From contig JAFCFX010000001.1 in NCBI GenBank assembly GCA_017608405.1, positions 7,667 to 71,666 on the forward strand: 64,000 nt of DNA, in the 5' to 3' direction. The DNA is from Candidatus Pacearchaeota archaeon. Lineage in GTDB: Archaea; Nanobdellota; Nanobdellia; Pacearchaeales; GW2011-AR1. Under the pieces are notes generated by a model, which was not told where the DNA came from, did not search any database, and was given only the letters and a program-made list of their open reading frames with translations. The translations under genes were made by a program, and so were the position numbers. Of this stretch, positions 36,004 to 46,042 are shown piece after piece; the first letter of the stretch is position 1; each line of letters opens with the position of its first letter.

Positions 36004-37044
36004 ATGTTAACTGAAAAACAAGTGATGGAGATTAAATCTCATCTTGAAAAGGCACAGAATCCTTTGTTTTTTTTTGATAATGATGCAGATGGATTATGTA
36101 GTTTTCTTTTACTGCAAAGATGGATTGGGAGAGGAAAAGGATTTCCTGTTAAATCTTTTCCTGATTTAACTGTTGATTATTTTAGGAAAGTTAATGAATT
36201 AAATGCAGATTATATTTTCATTTTAGATAAACCAGTTGTTTCTGAGGATTTTTTTAAAGAAGTAAAACAAGTCAATATTCCTGTTGTTTGGATTGATCAT
36301 CATGGAGCGCAAAGCAATATACCGGATTTTGTTAATTATTATGACCCCACATTAAATAAGCCTCCTTCTAATGAACCTGTGACTGCTTTGTGTTATCAAA
36401 TAACAAATAAAAAAGATGATTTGTGGATTGCAGTAATGGGGTGTGTAGCAGATGGGTATGTTCCTGATTTTTATGAAGATTTTAAAAAGGATTTTCCTGA
36501 TTTGACAGTAGATTCAAAAGATGCTTTCCATGTTCTTTATAGTTCCCAGATAGGGCAAATTGCCCAAACCCTTGGAAATGGATTAAAAGACAGGACAACT
36601 AATGTTATCAGTATGTTGAAGTTTTTAATGCGAGCAGCAGGCCCTTATGATGTTTTAGAAGAGACAAATAAAAATCATACAATGCATGAACGTTCTAAAC
36701 AAATTCAGAAAAAATTTAATGAATTAATAGATAGGGCAAAAATTCTTGCTAAATCTTCTGATAAGATTTTATTTTTTAAATATGGCGGGGATTTGAGTAT
36801 TAGTGCTGAATTGGCAAATAAATTATGCTATCTGTTTCCAGAAAAGGTTGTTGTTGTGGCTTATATGAGTGGGATTAAGGCGAACGTTTCCATAAGGGGG
36901 AAAAACGTAAAAAAGCTTGTTGAACAGGCAATTAAAGGATTGGAGAATGCTACAGGGGGAGGCCACGAGATGGCTGTTGGTGCCCAGGTGAGGATAGAAG
37001 ATGTTGATAAATTTAAAGAAAATTTAAATAGAATTTTAGTATAG
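36004..37044 (+). CDS. DHH/DHHA1 phosphoesterase
   Basis: FDNDADG; ILDKP; IDHH; VADG; GGGHEMAVG. Confidence 0.9.
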   Translation: MLTEKQVMEIKSHLEKAQNPLFFFDNDADGLCSFLLLQRWIGRGKGFPVKSFPDLTVDYFRKVNELNADYIFILDKPVVSEDFFKEVKQVNIPVVWIDHHGAQSNIPDFVNYYDPTLNKPPSNEPVTALCYQITNKKDDLWIAVMGCVADGYVPDFYEDFKKDFPDLTVDSKDAFHVLYSSQIGQIAQTLGNGLKDRTTNVISMLKFLMRAAGPYDVLEETNKNHTMHERSKQIQKKFNELIDRAKILAKSSDKILFFKYGGDLSISAELANKLCYLFPEKVVVVAYMSGIKANVSIRGKNVKKLVEQAIKGLENATGGGHEMAVGAQVRIEDVDKFKENLNRILV

Positions 37045-37404
37045 AAAATTATAAAAGTATGGTTTTTCTGTGTAGGTTATGATAAAGCAACTAAGTTACC
37101 AGATATGTATGATTAACTTAGTTTGCATTATAACAAAAACAAAAAAATACTCTTCAAATTAATTCAGTCTTTTGATCTGGGTTGAATGGAGAGAGATTTC
37201 TTATTTTATCTGGATTTTAAAGGATTTTGTTTTAATTTGAAAAAATTAAAATGAAAATACAGGAGAAAATGGAAAAGGAATTTGTAGAAAAAGAGTTAAA
37301 TTTGTTAATTGAATTTACTCTAGAATTGGAAAAGGAATTAGATTCTATTGTTCAAAATAAAAGATGATTTATTTAATTAAGAATTTCTCTTATTTGTAAT
37401 TATG

Positions 37405-38853
37405 TTAATATGATTTGCCCACATAAACAACAACATCTGCTTTTTTGTTGCAGATTATGCATTTTCCTGTGGCTTTTTCATTTTTGCTTGCCAAAGTTCC
37501 CCGCACTTCTGCATTTATTTGCTTTTCAATTATTTCTGCGCATTTTTCCCCTTGAACATCTGTTGAACAGAAATTCACCCTCGCTATTTTCCCAGAATTG
37601 ATTGTCTTTTTTAATTCCTGTTTTGTTTTGCAATTTGTTATTTTTCCTTTTGTAAAATTATCTGCTTTTTTAAGAAGCCTTTTGTCATAGTCTTGACCTA
37701 GTTTTGTTAATTTTGATAATTGGGTTATATTTATTTTTTCTTTTTTTCCAGAATCTCTTGTGAAAAGAGTTAAAGATTTATTTTTTAGCTCTTGTTCCCC
37801 AATTTCTAACCTAAATGGAACCCCCTTTAATTCATATTCATTGTATTTTTCTCCAGGACGTTTTTCACTTGCGTCTATTTCTGTTTTTATTTTTAGAGTT
37901 TCTAGTGCTGATTTTATTTTTTCTGATTCTTTAAGTATTTTATTCTTGTTTTTGGTTGAATAAATTGGGATGATTATTACTTGAATAGGCGAAATGCAAA
38001 AAGGAAGGATGAGTCCTTTATTGTCTCCATGTTGGGAGATTATTGAAACAAGGATTCTTGACATTGCTGGTCCATAAGCTGTTGTGTAAAGATATTCTTC
38101 AGATCCAGATTCAGTTTTAAATTTAGCTTCAAAAGCTCTTGAGAATTTCTGCCCCATCATGTGTGTGGAAGGTTGTTGAATTAATTTATTATCTGGCATT
38201 AAAACATCTGAGCCAACAGTATATTCTGCTCCTGCAAATTTATCCCATGATGGTCTTTTCATGGCAAAGAACGGAATTCCAAGATTTTGATGCATTATTT
38301 TTTCTGTTGTGTCTATGTCTTCTTGAACTTGTGCTTCTGCTTGCTTTTTTGTTGCAAATGCATCATGACACTCTACCCATAATATTTCTCTAGTTCTTAT
38401 TAAGGGTCTTGTGGCTTTAGTGTCTAATCTAAATACAGAACCTCTTTGATATAATTTCATTGGCAAGTCTCTATGACTTCTTATCCAGAGTTTAAACATT
38501 GGGGTGTATAGAGTTTCGCTTGTGGGTCTTAGTGCAAGTTTTCCTTCTCCTTTTATTTTTTCTAGCCAAAAAACTTCCGGAGTAAATCCCTTTATGTGGG
38601 AAGATTCTTTTGTTAGGTTTTTTTCTGGAATGACTGTGGGCATAAAAGTTGGTTTGTGGCCCTTGGATTGAATTTCTTTTTCATAGAGTTTATACATGTT
38701 TTCAATAATCATTGCTCCCCAGGGTCTTACAACCATGAATCCTTTTACTTTATTTCTAATGTCTACTATTTCTGCTTTTTCAAGAACTTGAGTGTACCAC
38801 TCACCAAAGTTTTCTTTTTTCACTGTTAATCCTTCTTGCGACTTTTTTGCCAT
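37405..38853 (-). CDS. proS: Prolyl-tRNA synthetase (archaeal/eukaryal type)
   Basis: FGEWY; ALRPTSE; FRLDTKATRPLIRTRE; DKFAGA; C-terminal CIIC...GKSY. Confidence 0.96.
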   Translation of the reverse strand: MAKKSQEGLTVKKENFGEWYTQVLEKAEIVDIRNKVKGFMVVRPWGAMIIENMYKLYEKEIQSKGHKPTFMPTVIPEKNLTKESSHIKGFTPEVFWLEKIKGEGKLALRPTSETLYTPMFKLWIRSHRDLPMKLYQRGSVFRLDTKATRPLIRTREILWVECHDAFATKKQAEAQVQEDIDTTEKIMHQNLGIPFFAMKRPSWDKFAGAEYTVGSDVLMPDNKLIQQPSTHMMGQKFSRAFEAKFKTESGSEEYLYTTAYGPAMSRILVSIISQHGDNKGLILPFCISPIQVIIIPIYSTKNKNKILKESEKIKSALETLKIKTEIDASEKRPGEKYNEYELKGVPFRLEIGEQELKNKSLTLFTRDSGKKEKINITQLSKLTKLGQDYDKRLLKKADNFTKGKITNCKTKQELKKTINSGKIARVNFCSTDVQGEKCAEIIEKQINAEVRGTLASKNEKATGKCIICNKKADVVVYVGKSY

Positions 38854-38935
38854 TATAGATAAAAGAAAGTTTGGTATTTAAGATTAACTTTTAGATCATA
38901 GCAATATTTAAAAATATTAAAAGAGATTTTATTTT

Positions 38936-39268
38936 ATGACAGAAATGATTAGGCTTGAGGAGGTTATGGGGGTTAAGAAAGCTTTGGAAGATGGGCAATT
39001 CGTTATTTCTGATAGATATGTTTATGATAAATATATTATGGAAAAGCTTCCTCAATTAAAACAAAATAATTATCCAAAATCTCTGTATGATAATAAAGCT
39101 CCTGGTGAAAATAAATTAGATCATATATTGCCTTGTGCTTATTTATGGGGAAATACTTTTTCTGGAGTTTGTTGGTTAGAGTTTCTACATGATGATAATT
39201 GGTTTGTTCAGAGTTCTCATTTGAAGATAAAAAAATTCTTAAAAATGGAATCTTGTGAAGAATTTTAA
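38936..39268 (+). CDS. Hypothetical protein
   Basis: 110-aa ORF with TTTAAA box upstream. Confidence 0.55.
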   Translation: MTEMIRLEEVMGVKKALEDGQFVISDRYVYDKYIMEKLPQLKQNNYPKSLYDNKAPGENKLDHILPCAYLWGNTFSGVCWLEFLHDDNWFVQSSHLKIKKFLKMESCEEF

Positions 39269-40125
39269 ATTAGTGTTTCTCCTAAAAATTCTTCAGATAT
39301 ACTATTTGTAGTGTCTTTTATATAATTTGATTCTAATGCAAATCCTAGGCTTTCTCCCCCACCTATTTTAAAATTGTTTATGCCTATGACTTCTCCTTGT
39401 TTATTTATTAGAGGACCCCCTGAATTTCCGGGATTTAATGCTGCATCTGTTTGAACATATGCTTCTATTTGACTTGGTCCTTGTCTGTGAACTCCAGAAA
39501 CAATTCCTTCTGAGACAGAAAATTGTAATCCAAGGGGATTTCCAATTGCAATTACTTTTTCCCCTATTTGAATATCATTTGAATTACCTAGGCTTAGTTT
39601 TTCGTATCTCCCAGGTATTTTTAATAAAGCTATATCAAATTGTTTATTATATCCAATAAATTCTGCTTCTATGGCTTCTTGATTGTAGGTTAGGGCATAG
39701 ACTTCAGAGCTTCCTGCTAGAACATGAGAATTAGTAACAATGTACCCTTCTGAAGCAATGATGAATCCTGTGCCTTGACCAACATTTGTTCTGATTGTGA
39801 CAACTGATTTTATTGATTCTTCTATTATGCCTGAGAAATCTTCACTTGCTGACGTTTTTAGTAAGTCTACTTCTTGATTAATTGAGCCGAGTTCAACATC
39901 TAGGCTAGATAAACTTTCTTTTGTTTGTATTAGGTTTTTTGTTAGTGAGTTAAATTTGCTTTGTGTGTCTGCTTGAAGTCCTATTATGTCTTTTTCTAGA
40001 CTATTGTAGCTTAGTTGAAGTTGTCCATATAGCACATAAATTAATAAGCTGTTTGCTATTATTGTGAGAATTAAGAATCCACTCACCCCCCCTATCATCC
40101 ATTTATGGTGTCTTTTTAATGGCAT
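39265..40125 (-). CDS. Membrane-anchored HtrA/trypsin-like serine protease (no PDZ)
   Basis: TNSHV, DIALL, NPGNSGGPL triad motifs; N-terminal TM + coiled coil. Confidence 0.93.
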   Translation of the reverse strand: MPLKRHHKWMIGGVSGFLILTIIANSLLIYVLYGQLQLSYNSLEKDIIGLQADTQSKFNSLTKNLIQTKESLSSLDVELGSINQEVDLLKTSASEDFSGIIEESIKSVVTIRTNVGQGTGFIIASEGYIVTNSHVLAGSSEVYALTYNQEAIEAEFIGYNKQFDIALLKIPGRYEKLSLGNSNDIQIGEKVIAIGNPLGLQFSVSEGIVSGVHRQGPSQIEAYVQTDAALNPGNSGGPLINKQGEVIGINNFKIGGGESLGFALESNYIKDTTNSISEEFLGETLI

Positions 40126-40182
40126 TTTACATTATATACTAAGAAATAACATATAAAAACCTTAAGTTTTTATTTAGATTAA

Positions 40183-40254
40183 GGGCGCATAGTTTAATGG
40201 ATAGAATTTCCGGTTTCGGCCCGGTTGGTGGAGGTTCGATCCCTCCTGCGCCCG
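40183..40254 (+). tRNA. tRNA-Arg(TCG)
   Basis: GGGCGCA/TGCGCCC-G; CCGG-TTTCGGC-CCGG anticodon arm; GGAGG-TTCGATC-CCTCC. Confidence 0.93.
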
Positions 40255-40262
40255 TTTTTAAA

Positions 40263-41528
40263 ATGAAAAAATCAAAAGCAGTTCCAGGAGATTATGTAGA
40301 AGTGCATTTGACTAGATTAATTTATGAAGGAGTTCTTTTGGAAGTTCCTGAGTCTGAGAAATCTATGATCTTGTTGAAGTTGGATAATGGATACAATATT
40401 GGATTGTCTAAAAAAGATATTTTAGAGATTAAGCTTATTAAAAGAGCTAAAGAAGAAAAAAGTAAAATTGAAATAAAAAAAGATCCAGGTAAGCCAAATA
40501 TTGCCATGATTATTACCGGGGGAACAATTGCCGCAAGACTAAATCCAAGAAAAGGGGGGGTGGATTGGTTGACAAGTTCTGAGGATTTGTTTAAATTTTA
40601 TCCTGAATTATTTGAAAAGGTTAATGTTTCTAGGGTTGAAATTCCTTTTATGAAAGCTTCTGAAGATATGGATTTTAAAGATTGGCAAAAGCTTGCGCGA
40701 GTTGTTCAAAAGTTATTGAATGATCAACAGATTAAAGGAGTCGTAATTACCCATGGAACTGATTTTTTACATTATACTGCTGAAGCTTTGTCTTTCTTTT
40801 TGAGGGATTTGAATAAGCCAGTTGTTTTAACTTATAGCCAGAGATCTATTGATAGGGCTTCAAGTGATGCTAATTTAAATTTGCAGTGTTCTGCTTTGGC
40901 TGCGATTTCAAATATTGCTGAGGTTATGCTTGTTGGCCATGCTAATTCTAATGATGATTTTTGTTATGCAATGCCTGGAACGAAAGTAAGAAAACTTCAT
41001 TCTTCTAGGAGAGATGCTTTTAGAGTTGTTAATTCTAAGGTTTTTGCTAAGATTTTTAGTAGTAAAATGGAAATTTTAAGTGAGCATAAAATTAGAAATA
41101 AAGGGAAAGTTAAACTAGATTTGGATTTTGAAGACAAAGTCGCGTTAGTTAAATTTTATCCAGGGCAAGATCCAGACATACTGGATTATTATGTTAAAAA
41201 AAAGTATAAAGGAATAGTCTTAGAGATGGGGGGATTGGGGCATGTTGCGACTAAAAGGGCTAGAAATTCTTGGACAAAGAAGTTAACAGAAGTTCAGAAA
41301 AAGGGTTTGATTGTTTGTGCTACTGCCCAGACAATTAATGGAAGATTAGATCCTTTGGTTTATTCTAATGGTAGGGAATTGTTAGAGACAGGAATTATCT
41401 ATCTAGAAGATATGTTGAGTGAGACAGCCTTAATTAAGTTAAGTTGGGTTTTAGGACATAAAGATTGGAATGTTAAAGAAAAAATGTTAGAAAATGTTTC
41501 TAAAGAATTTGGGGATAGATTGGGGTGA
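40263..41528 (+). CDS. gatD: Glu-tRNA(Gln) amidotransferase subunit D
   Basis: LLKLDNGYNIG; TGGTIA; HGTDF; SQRSIDRASSD; RKLHSSRRDAF; start moved downstream of the tRNA. Confidence 0.95.
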   Translation: MKKSKAVPGDYVEVHLTRLIYEGVLLEVPESEKSMILLKLDNGYNIGLSKKDILEIKLIKRAKEEKSKIEIKKDPGKPNIAMIITGGTIAARLNPRKGGVDWLTSSEDLFKFYPELFEKVNVSRVEIPFMKASEDMDFKDWQKLARVVQKLLNDQQIKGVVITHGTDFLHYTAEALSFFLRDLNKPVVLTYSQRSIDRASSDANLNLQCSALAAISNIAEVMLVGHANSNDDFCYAMPGTKVRKLHSSRRDAFRVVNSKVFAKIFSSKMEILSEHKIRNKGKVKLDLDFEDKVALVKFYPGQDPDILDYYVKKKYKGIVLEMGGLGHVATKRARNSWTKKLTEVQKKGLIVCATAQTINGRLDPLVYSNGRELLETGIIYLEDMLSETALIKLSWVLGHKDWNVKEKMLENVSKEFGDRLG

Positions 41529-41960
41529 TTATTTTTTATATTTTCTTCTTAATATTAGATTCTTAATTTCCCGAATTTCTTTTTCTGCTTTTTTATTTAT
41601 TTTATAATCAAATTCTGCTTTTGCTCTATCTCTCTGGGTTTGTCTGTTCTGGCTCATTAATATGATTGGTGCTTGGATAGCTGCAAGGCAAGATAATGCT
41701 AGATTTAATAAGATAAATGGGTATGGATCAAAAGCTCCTGTTTGTTTGTATTGGATTAGATAATATCCATTGATAAACATCCATGCACCAATAAAAATGA
41801 AGAAAATTATTATAAATGTCCAGCTTCCTGCCCAATTTGTGATCTTATCTGATGCTTTTTGTCCAAAGGTTCTTGGCCCCCTAAAAATTGGATGTTTTAA
41901 TTTAAAGAAGAGTTTTTCTCTTAATTCTTTTTTTGCTTTCTTTTCTTCATCCTTTTTCAT
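41529..41960 (-). CDS. DUF1003-like membrane protein
   Basis: AGSWTF; FDPYPFILLNLALSCLAAIQAPIILMSQNRQ. Confidence 0.9.
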   Translation of the reverse strand: MKKDEEKKAKKELREKLFFKLKHPIFRGPRTFGQKASDKITNWAGSWTFIIIFFIFIGAWMFINGYYLIQYKQTGAFDPYPFILLNLALSCLAAIQAPIILMSQNRQTQRDRAKAEFDYKINKKAEKEIREIKNLILRRKYKK

Positions 41961-42031
41961 ATTTATACAGGGAAAAGGTTTTTTATAAACTTTACCAAAA
42001 AAGTAATAAACTCTTTTGTTTTGTTAGCTTA

Positions 42032-43471
42032 ATGCAGTTAGATTATGAAAAACTTGGATTTAAGTCAGGATTAGAAATTCACCAGCAGCTTGATACCAAT
42101 AAACTATTTTGTAATTGTCCTTTTTTGTTAAGAAAAGATGAACCTGATTTTGAAATTAAAAGAAGACTTCATGCAGTAGCAGGAGAGAGCGGAAAAGTTG
42201 ATATAGCTGCCAAACACGAAGCTAGTTTAGACAAGGATTTTATTTATCAAGGATATGATACTACTTGTTTAGTTGAGTTAGATGAAGAACCGCCTCACGA
42301 AATTAATTCAGAAGCTTTGGAAATAGCTTTACATATTTCTTTATTATTAAATTGTGAGATTCAGCCAATTACCCAGGTAATGCGAAAAACAGTTATTGAT
42401 GGTTCTAATACTTCTGGTTTTCAGAGAACCGTTATGATAGCAAGGGATGGTTATATTGAAACAAGTAAAGGTAAGGTGGGTATCTGGTATATTTATTTAG
42501 AAGAAGATGCTGCTAGAACAATTAGTGAGGACGAGAATTCTAAAACTTATAGGTTAGATAGATTGGGGGGTCCGATGGTTGAAGTTGTGACAGCTCCAGA
42601 TATAAAAGATGCAGAACATGTAAAAGAAGTTGCTTTGAAAATAGGAGATATTTTAAGGAGTTGTAAAGTTAAAAGAGGTATTGGAACAATTAGACAAGAT
42701 ATTAATGTTTCAATAAGAGGGCACCCAAGAGCTGAAATTAAGGGTTTTCAGGATCCAAAGGTATTTCTTGAAGTTGTGAATAAAGAGATTGAAAGGCAAT
42801 TAGGAAATGTAGGAAAAAAAATAAAAACAAAGCCAGAGGTAAGAGGAGCAAATGAAGACAATACAACTAAATTTCTAAGACCAATGCCAGGAGCAGCTAG
42901 GATGTATCCTGAGACAGATCTTCCTATTTTAAAGATTTCTCAACAAGTGATTAATCAGGCTAAGAAATCTCTTCCTATGTTAAGAAGTGACTTACAATCT
43001 GAATTAAGAAAAGAAGGGCTTAGTGAAGAGTATATTAGGATGTTGTTTAAGCAAAACAAGATCGAAGAATATAAGGAACTTTTAGAAGTAATTAATAAGC
43101 CCCAGTTAATTGCAAAGACTCTTTTGGTTTTTCCAAAAGATATTGCTAAAAGAAAAAATAAATCTTTAGCAGAAGTTGAAAAGATTTTAGAAGATAATTA
43201 TAATGGTGTTTTTTATTTAGTCAAAAGAAGACAAATTTCTGAGTCTCATGTTAAAGATGTTTTAAGTGCTATTGTTGATGGAAAGGGCTTAGATGATGCA
43301 ATTAAACTTGAGAAAGTAGATATTGGTGATGTTGAGGAAAAAATCCATAAGATTATTAAGGAAAAACCAGGACTTTCTGAAAAAGCTTATATGGGGTTAG
43401 TTATGAAGGAATTTAAGGGTCAGATTGATGGTAAACAAGTTATGGAGATAATTAAGAAATTTGTAAAATAA
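42032..43471 (+). CDS. gatE: Glu-tRNA(Gln) amidotransferase subunit E (short form)
   Basis: GLEIHQQL; MRKTVIDGSNTSGFQRT; LEEDAAR; GIGTIRQD; PGAARMYPETD. Confidence 0.95.
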   Translation: MQLDYEKLGFKSGLEIHQQLDTNKLFCNCPFLLRKDEPDFEIKRRLHAVAGESGKVDIAAKHEASLDKDFIYQGYDTTCLVELDEEPPHEINSEALEIALHISLLLNCEIQPITQVMRKTVIDGSNTSGFQRTVMIARDGYIETSKGKVGIWYIYLEEDAARTISEDENSKTYRLDRLGGPMVEVVTAPDIKDAEHVKEVALKIGDILRSCKVKRGIGTIRQDINVSIRGHPRAEIKGFQDPKVFLEVVNKEIERQLGNVGKKIKTKPEVRGANEDNTTKFLRPMPGAARMYPETDLPILKISQQVINQAKKSLPMLRSDLQSELRKEGLSEEYIRMLFKQNKIEEYKELLEVINKPQLIAKTLLVFPKDIAKRKNKSLAEVEKILEDNYNGVFYLVKRRQISESHVKDVLSAIVDGKGLDDAIKLEKVDIGDVEEKIHKIIKEKPGLSEKAYMGLVMKEFKGQIDGKQVMEIIKKFVK

Positions 43472-43483
43472 GTTTATTTGATA

Positions 43484-44839
43484 TTATTTTAATTTTTTTT
43501 CTAAGATTTCTTTGGCTATTTTAAAGTCAGCTCTTTTGTTTGTCAATCTCATAATTTGTCCGACTAAAAAATTAATTGCCCAAGATTTTCCATTTTTGTA
43601 ATCTTCTACTGCTTTTTTGTTTTCTTTTATAACTTTTATAGCTAATTTTTCTATTTCTTGTTTTCCTGAAATTGTTGAATGTTTTTTAAGATCTTTTTTT
43701 GGTGAAAAAGATTTTGGAATAAATTTTCTTAAAATTTCTTGTGCTTTGAGTTCTGTTATTTCTTTTTTCTCTATTAAGTTTAACAGTTCTATGAAATGTT
43801 CTGGTTGTATGTTGACTTCATCTAGTTCTTTTTTATTGTAGTTTAAAATGTTGAGCAGTTCCACAATTACCCAGCGTATTGCTAGGCTTGGATCTGATTT
43901 TTCTATTATTTTTTCAAAAAATTCAACAATTTCTATTTTCTTAGTTAGAATTTGAGCATATTTTTTTCCTACTTTGTATTTTTTAATTAATTTTTCTAGT
44001 TTTGTTTTTGGTGTTTCTGGTAAAGATGCTTTTAGACTTTGTATTCTTTTTTTATTTATTTTTATTGTTGGAAGATCGGGGTCAGAAATAAATCTATAAT
44101 CTTGAGCTTCTTCTTTCGATCTCATTTTGGCTGTTGTTTTTCTTGATTCATCATATCTTCTTGTTTCTTGTTTTCTTGGTAAATCTTTATGTTGCCTTTT
44201 GATTTCATATTCGATTGCATTTTTTATGTTGTTTAGGCTGTTGATGTTTTTTACTTCTACTCTTTCTCCACCTTTAATTGATATATTTACATCTGCTTTT
44301 AATCCTGCAAATTTATCAATTGTTTTTATATAACTTAAAACAGAAATTAGTTCTTTTAACCATTCTATTACTTGTGTTGAATTTTTAAAATCTGGTTCTG
44401 TTACAATTTCTATTAAAGGGGATCCTGAACGATTATAGTCAATTCCTCCTGTTTTTGGGTTCCATGCTGCAGGGTCTTCTTCTAAATGAACTTCTGTTAT
44501 TTTTATTCCTAAAAATTTTCCTTTTTCTCCATTTGGAATTGCATGGGGGCCAGACATTGTATTTTGATATCCTTTTGGCAGATCTGGCCAATCATAATGT
44601 TTCCTTTGCCAAGTTATTTTTTCATTGATTTTGCACCCTAAAATTAGGGCTATTTTAATTGCCTTATCTAGTGCTTCTTTATTTGGGAGTAGGGGTTTGG
44701 CTCCTGGTTGTCCTGTACAAATTGGACAAATATTTATATTTGGTTTTGAATGTTTGATTCCGTGTTCAGCTTTGCATGTACAAAATAATTTTTCTTTTGT
44801 TGCAATATAACCATGAATTTCTAAACCTATTTTTGCCAT
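43484..44839 (-). CDS. gatB: Asp/Glu-tRNA amidotransferase subunit B
   Basis: IGLEIH; CTGQPG; RKHYDWPDLPKGYQ; HLEED; DYNRSG; RSKEEAQDYRF. Confidence 0.96.
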   Translation of the reverse strand: MAKIGLEIHGYIATKEKLFCTCKAEHGIKHSKPNINICPICTGQPGAKPLLPNKEALDKAIKIALILGCKINEKITWQRKHYDWPDLPKGYQNTMSGPHAIPNGEKGKFLGIKITEVHLEEDPAAWNPKTGGIDYNRSGSPLIEIVTEPDFKNSTQVIEWLKELISVLSYIKTIDKFAGLKADVNISIKGGERVEVKNINSLNNIKNAIEYEIKRQHKDLPRKQETRRYDESRKTTAKMRSKEEAQDYRFISDPDLPTIKINKKRIQSLKASLPETPKTKLEKLIKKYKVGKKYAQILTKKIEIVEFFEKIIEKSDPSLAIRWVIVELLNILNYNKKELDEVNIQPEHFIELLNLIEKKEITELKAQEILRKFIPKSFSPKKDLKKHSTISGKQEIEKLAIKVIKENKKAVEDYKNGKSWAINFLVGQIMRLTNKRADFKIAKEILEKKLK

Positions 44840-44925
44840 AATTGTTTGACGGGCTAGTTATTTAATAAACTTTTTATTCTGTGCTTTTAGCAAAGATTTA
44901 TAAATTATTTCTCTAGATTATCTTT

Positions 44926-45990
44926 ATGGTAAAATCAAGAATTTTGTTAATAAAAACAGGCGGAACAATAGCGCAAAAACCAGATGTAAATGGAGTTCTA
45001 AATGTTTCTTCTGCTGATTATCTTATAAAAGTGGGGGGTTTGAGAGATCTAGCGAATGTAGATGTAAAAGATGTGGGATCTATCGATAGTACAGATATGG
45101 AAACAAATTTACGATTTGAAAATTCTGGAGATAAAGGGAAAGATAGGGCAGCAATTGCAGGGGAAATTTATAAAAATGCTTCAAAATATGATGGTTTTGT
45201 TGTTGTTCATGGCACAGACACAATGGTTGAAACAGCTGCCGCATTAACTTATATGCTTCCTAATTTTAGAAAGCCGATTGTATTGACTGGCTCTCAAAGA
45301 TCTGCTTGGGTTCCTAGGAGTGATGGCCCTAATAATGTTTTTACTGCAGTGCAAACAGCTACAAAAGATTTGGGAGAGGTTGCGGTTGTCTTTGGAAATT
45401 ATGTTTTAAGAGGAACACGTGCTAAAAAAATTGATGAAGAAGGTTTTGATGCTTTTCATAGTCCAGGTGTTGAACCTATTGGAAAAGTAATTGCCTTAGA
45501 AGAGGGGGTAAGACTCGCTCCACACGCAATCAAAAGAAAGAAGTTTAGACCCAAATTATTTACAGATTTTGATACAAGAGTTTTTAATTATGATCATGTT
45601 TCTGGAGCTACTATAGATGGCGTTTTAAATGATATTGCTAAAGGTAATGAAGTACAAGGCATTTTAATGGGGGGTTTTGGTGCAGGGAATATTCCAAGCA
45701 GATTACTTGGATTTATTAAAACTGCTAAGGAAAACTATAAACCTGTTTATGTTTATACAAAATGTGATATTGGTGCTGCAGACATGGGACTTTATGCTGT
45801 GGGGGCTGCACCTTTGCAAGCAGGAGCTATTCCTGCAGGAGACATGACCCCAGAAGCTTTAGGTCAGAAACTGATGTGTGCTTTGGGGATAGGGAGAAAA
45901 TTCAAAGGCCAGAAAAGGTTAGATTTTATAGAGTCGCTTATAAGAACTCCCTTTAATGGGGATATTACTGTTACAGAAGCAAGGAAATAA
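44926..45990 (+). CDS. ansA: Type I L-asparaginase
   Basis: TGGTI; HGTDTM; LTGSQR; GFGAGN; DMTPEA; lacks the GatD N-terminal domain. Confidence 0.88.
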   Translation: MVKSRILLIKTGGTIAQKPDVNGVLNVSSADYLIKVGGLRDLANVDVKDVGSIDSTDMETNLRFENSGDKGKDRAAIAGEIYKNASKYDGFVVVHGTDTMVETAAALTYMLPNFRKPIVLTGSQRSAWVPRSDGPNNVFTAVQTATKDLGEVAVVFGNYVLRGTRAKKIDEEGFDAFHSPGVEPIGKVIALEEGVRLAPHAIKRKKFRPKLFTDFDTRVFNYDHVSGATIDGVLNDIAKGNEVQGILMGGFGAGNIPSRLLGFIKTAKENYKPVYVYTKCDIGAADMGLYAVGAAPLQAGAIPAGDMTPEALGQKLMCALGIGRKFKGQKRLDFIESLIRTPFNGDITVTEARK

Positions 45991-46042
45991 TTTTAATTCT
46001 TCTTATAGAAATTATTAAAAACTATTAAACACACTTTTTAAT

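Noticed and set aside
37079-37368. Intergenic stretch with coding-like fragments and an imperfect inverted repeat (GCAACTAAGTTA...TAACTTAGTTTGC)
   Set aside because: Multiple stops and no recognisable family; probably a decayed ORF, with too little support to call.
40197-40262. N-terminal extension of GatD in the ORF track
   Set aside because: It is the tRNA-Arg(TCG) sequence; the real start is ATG 40263.
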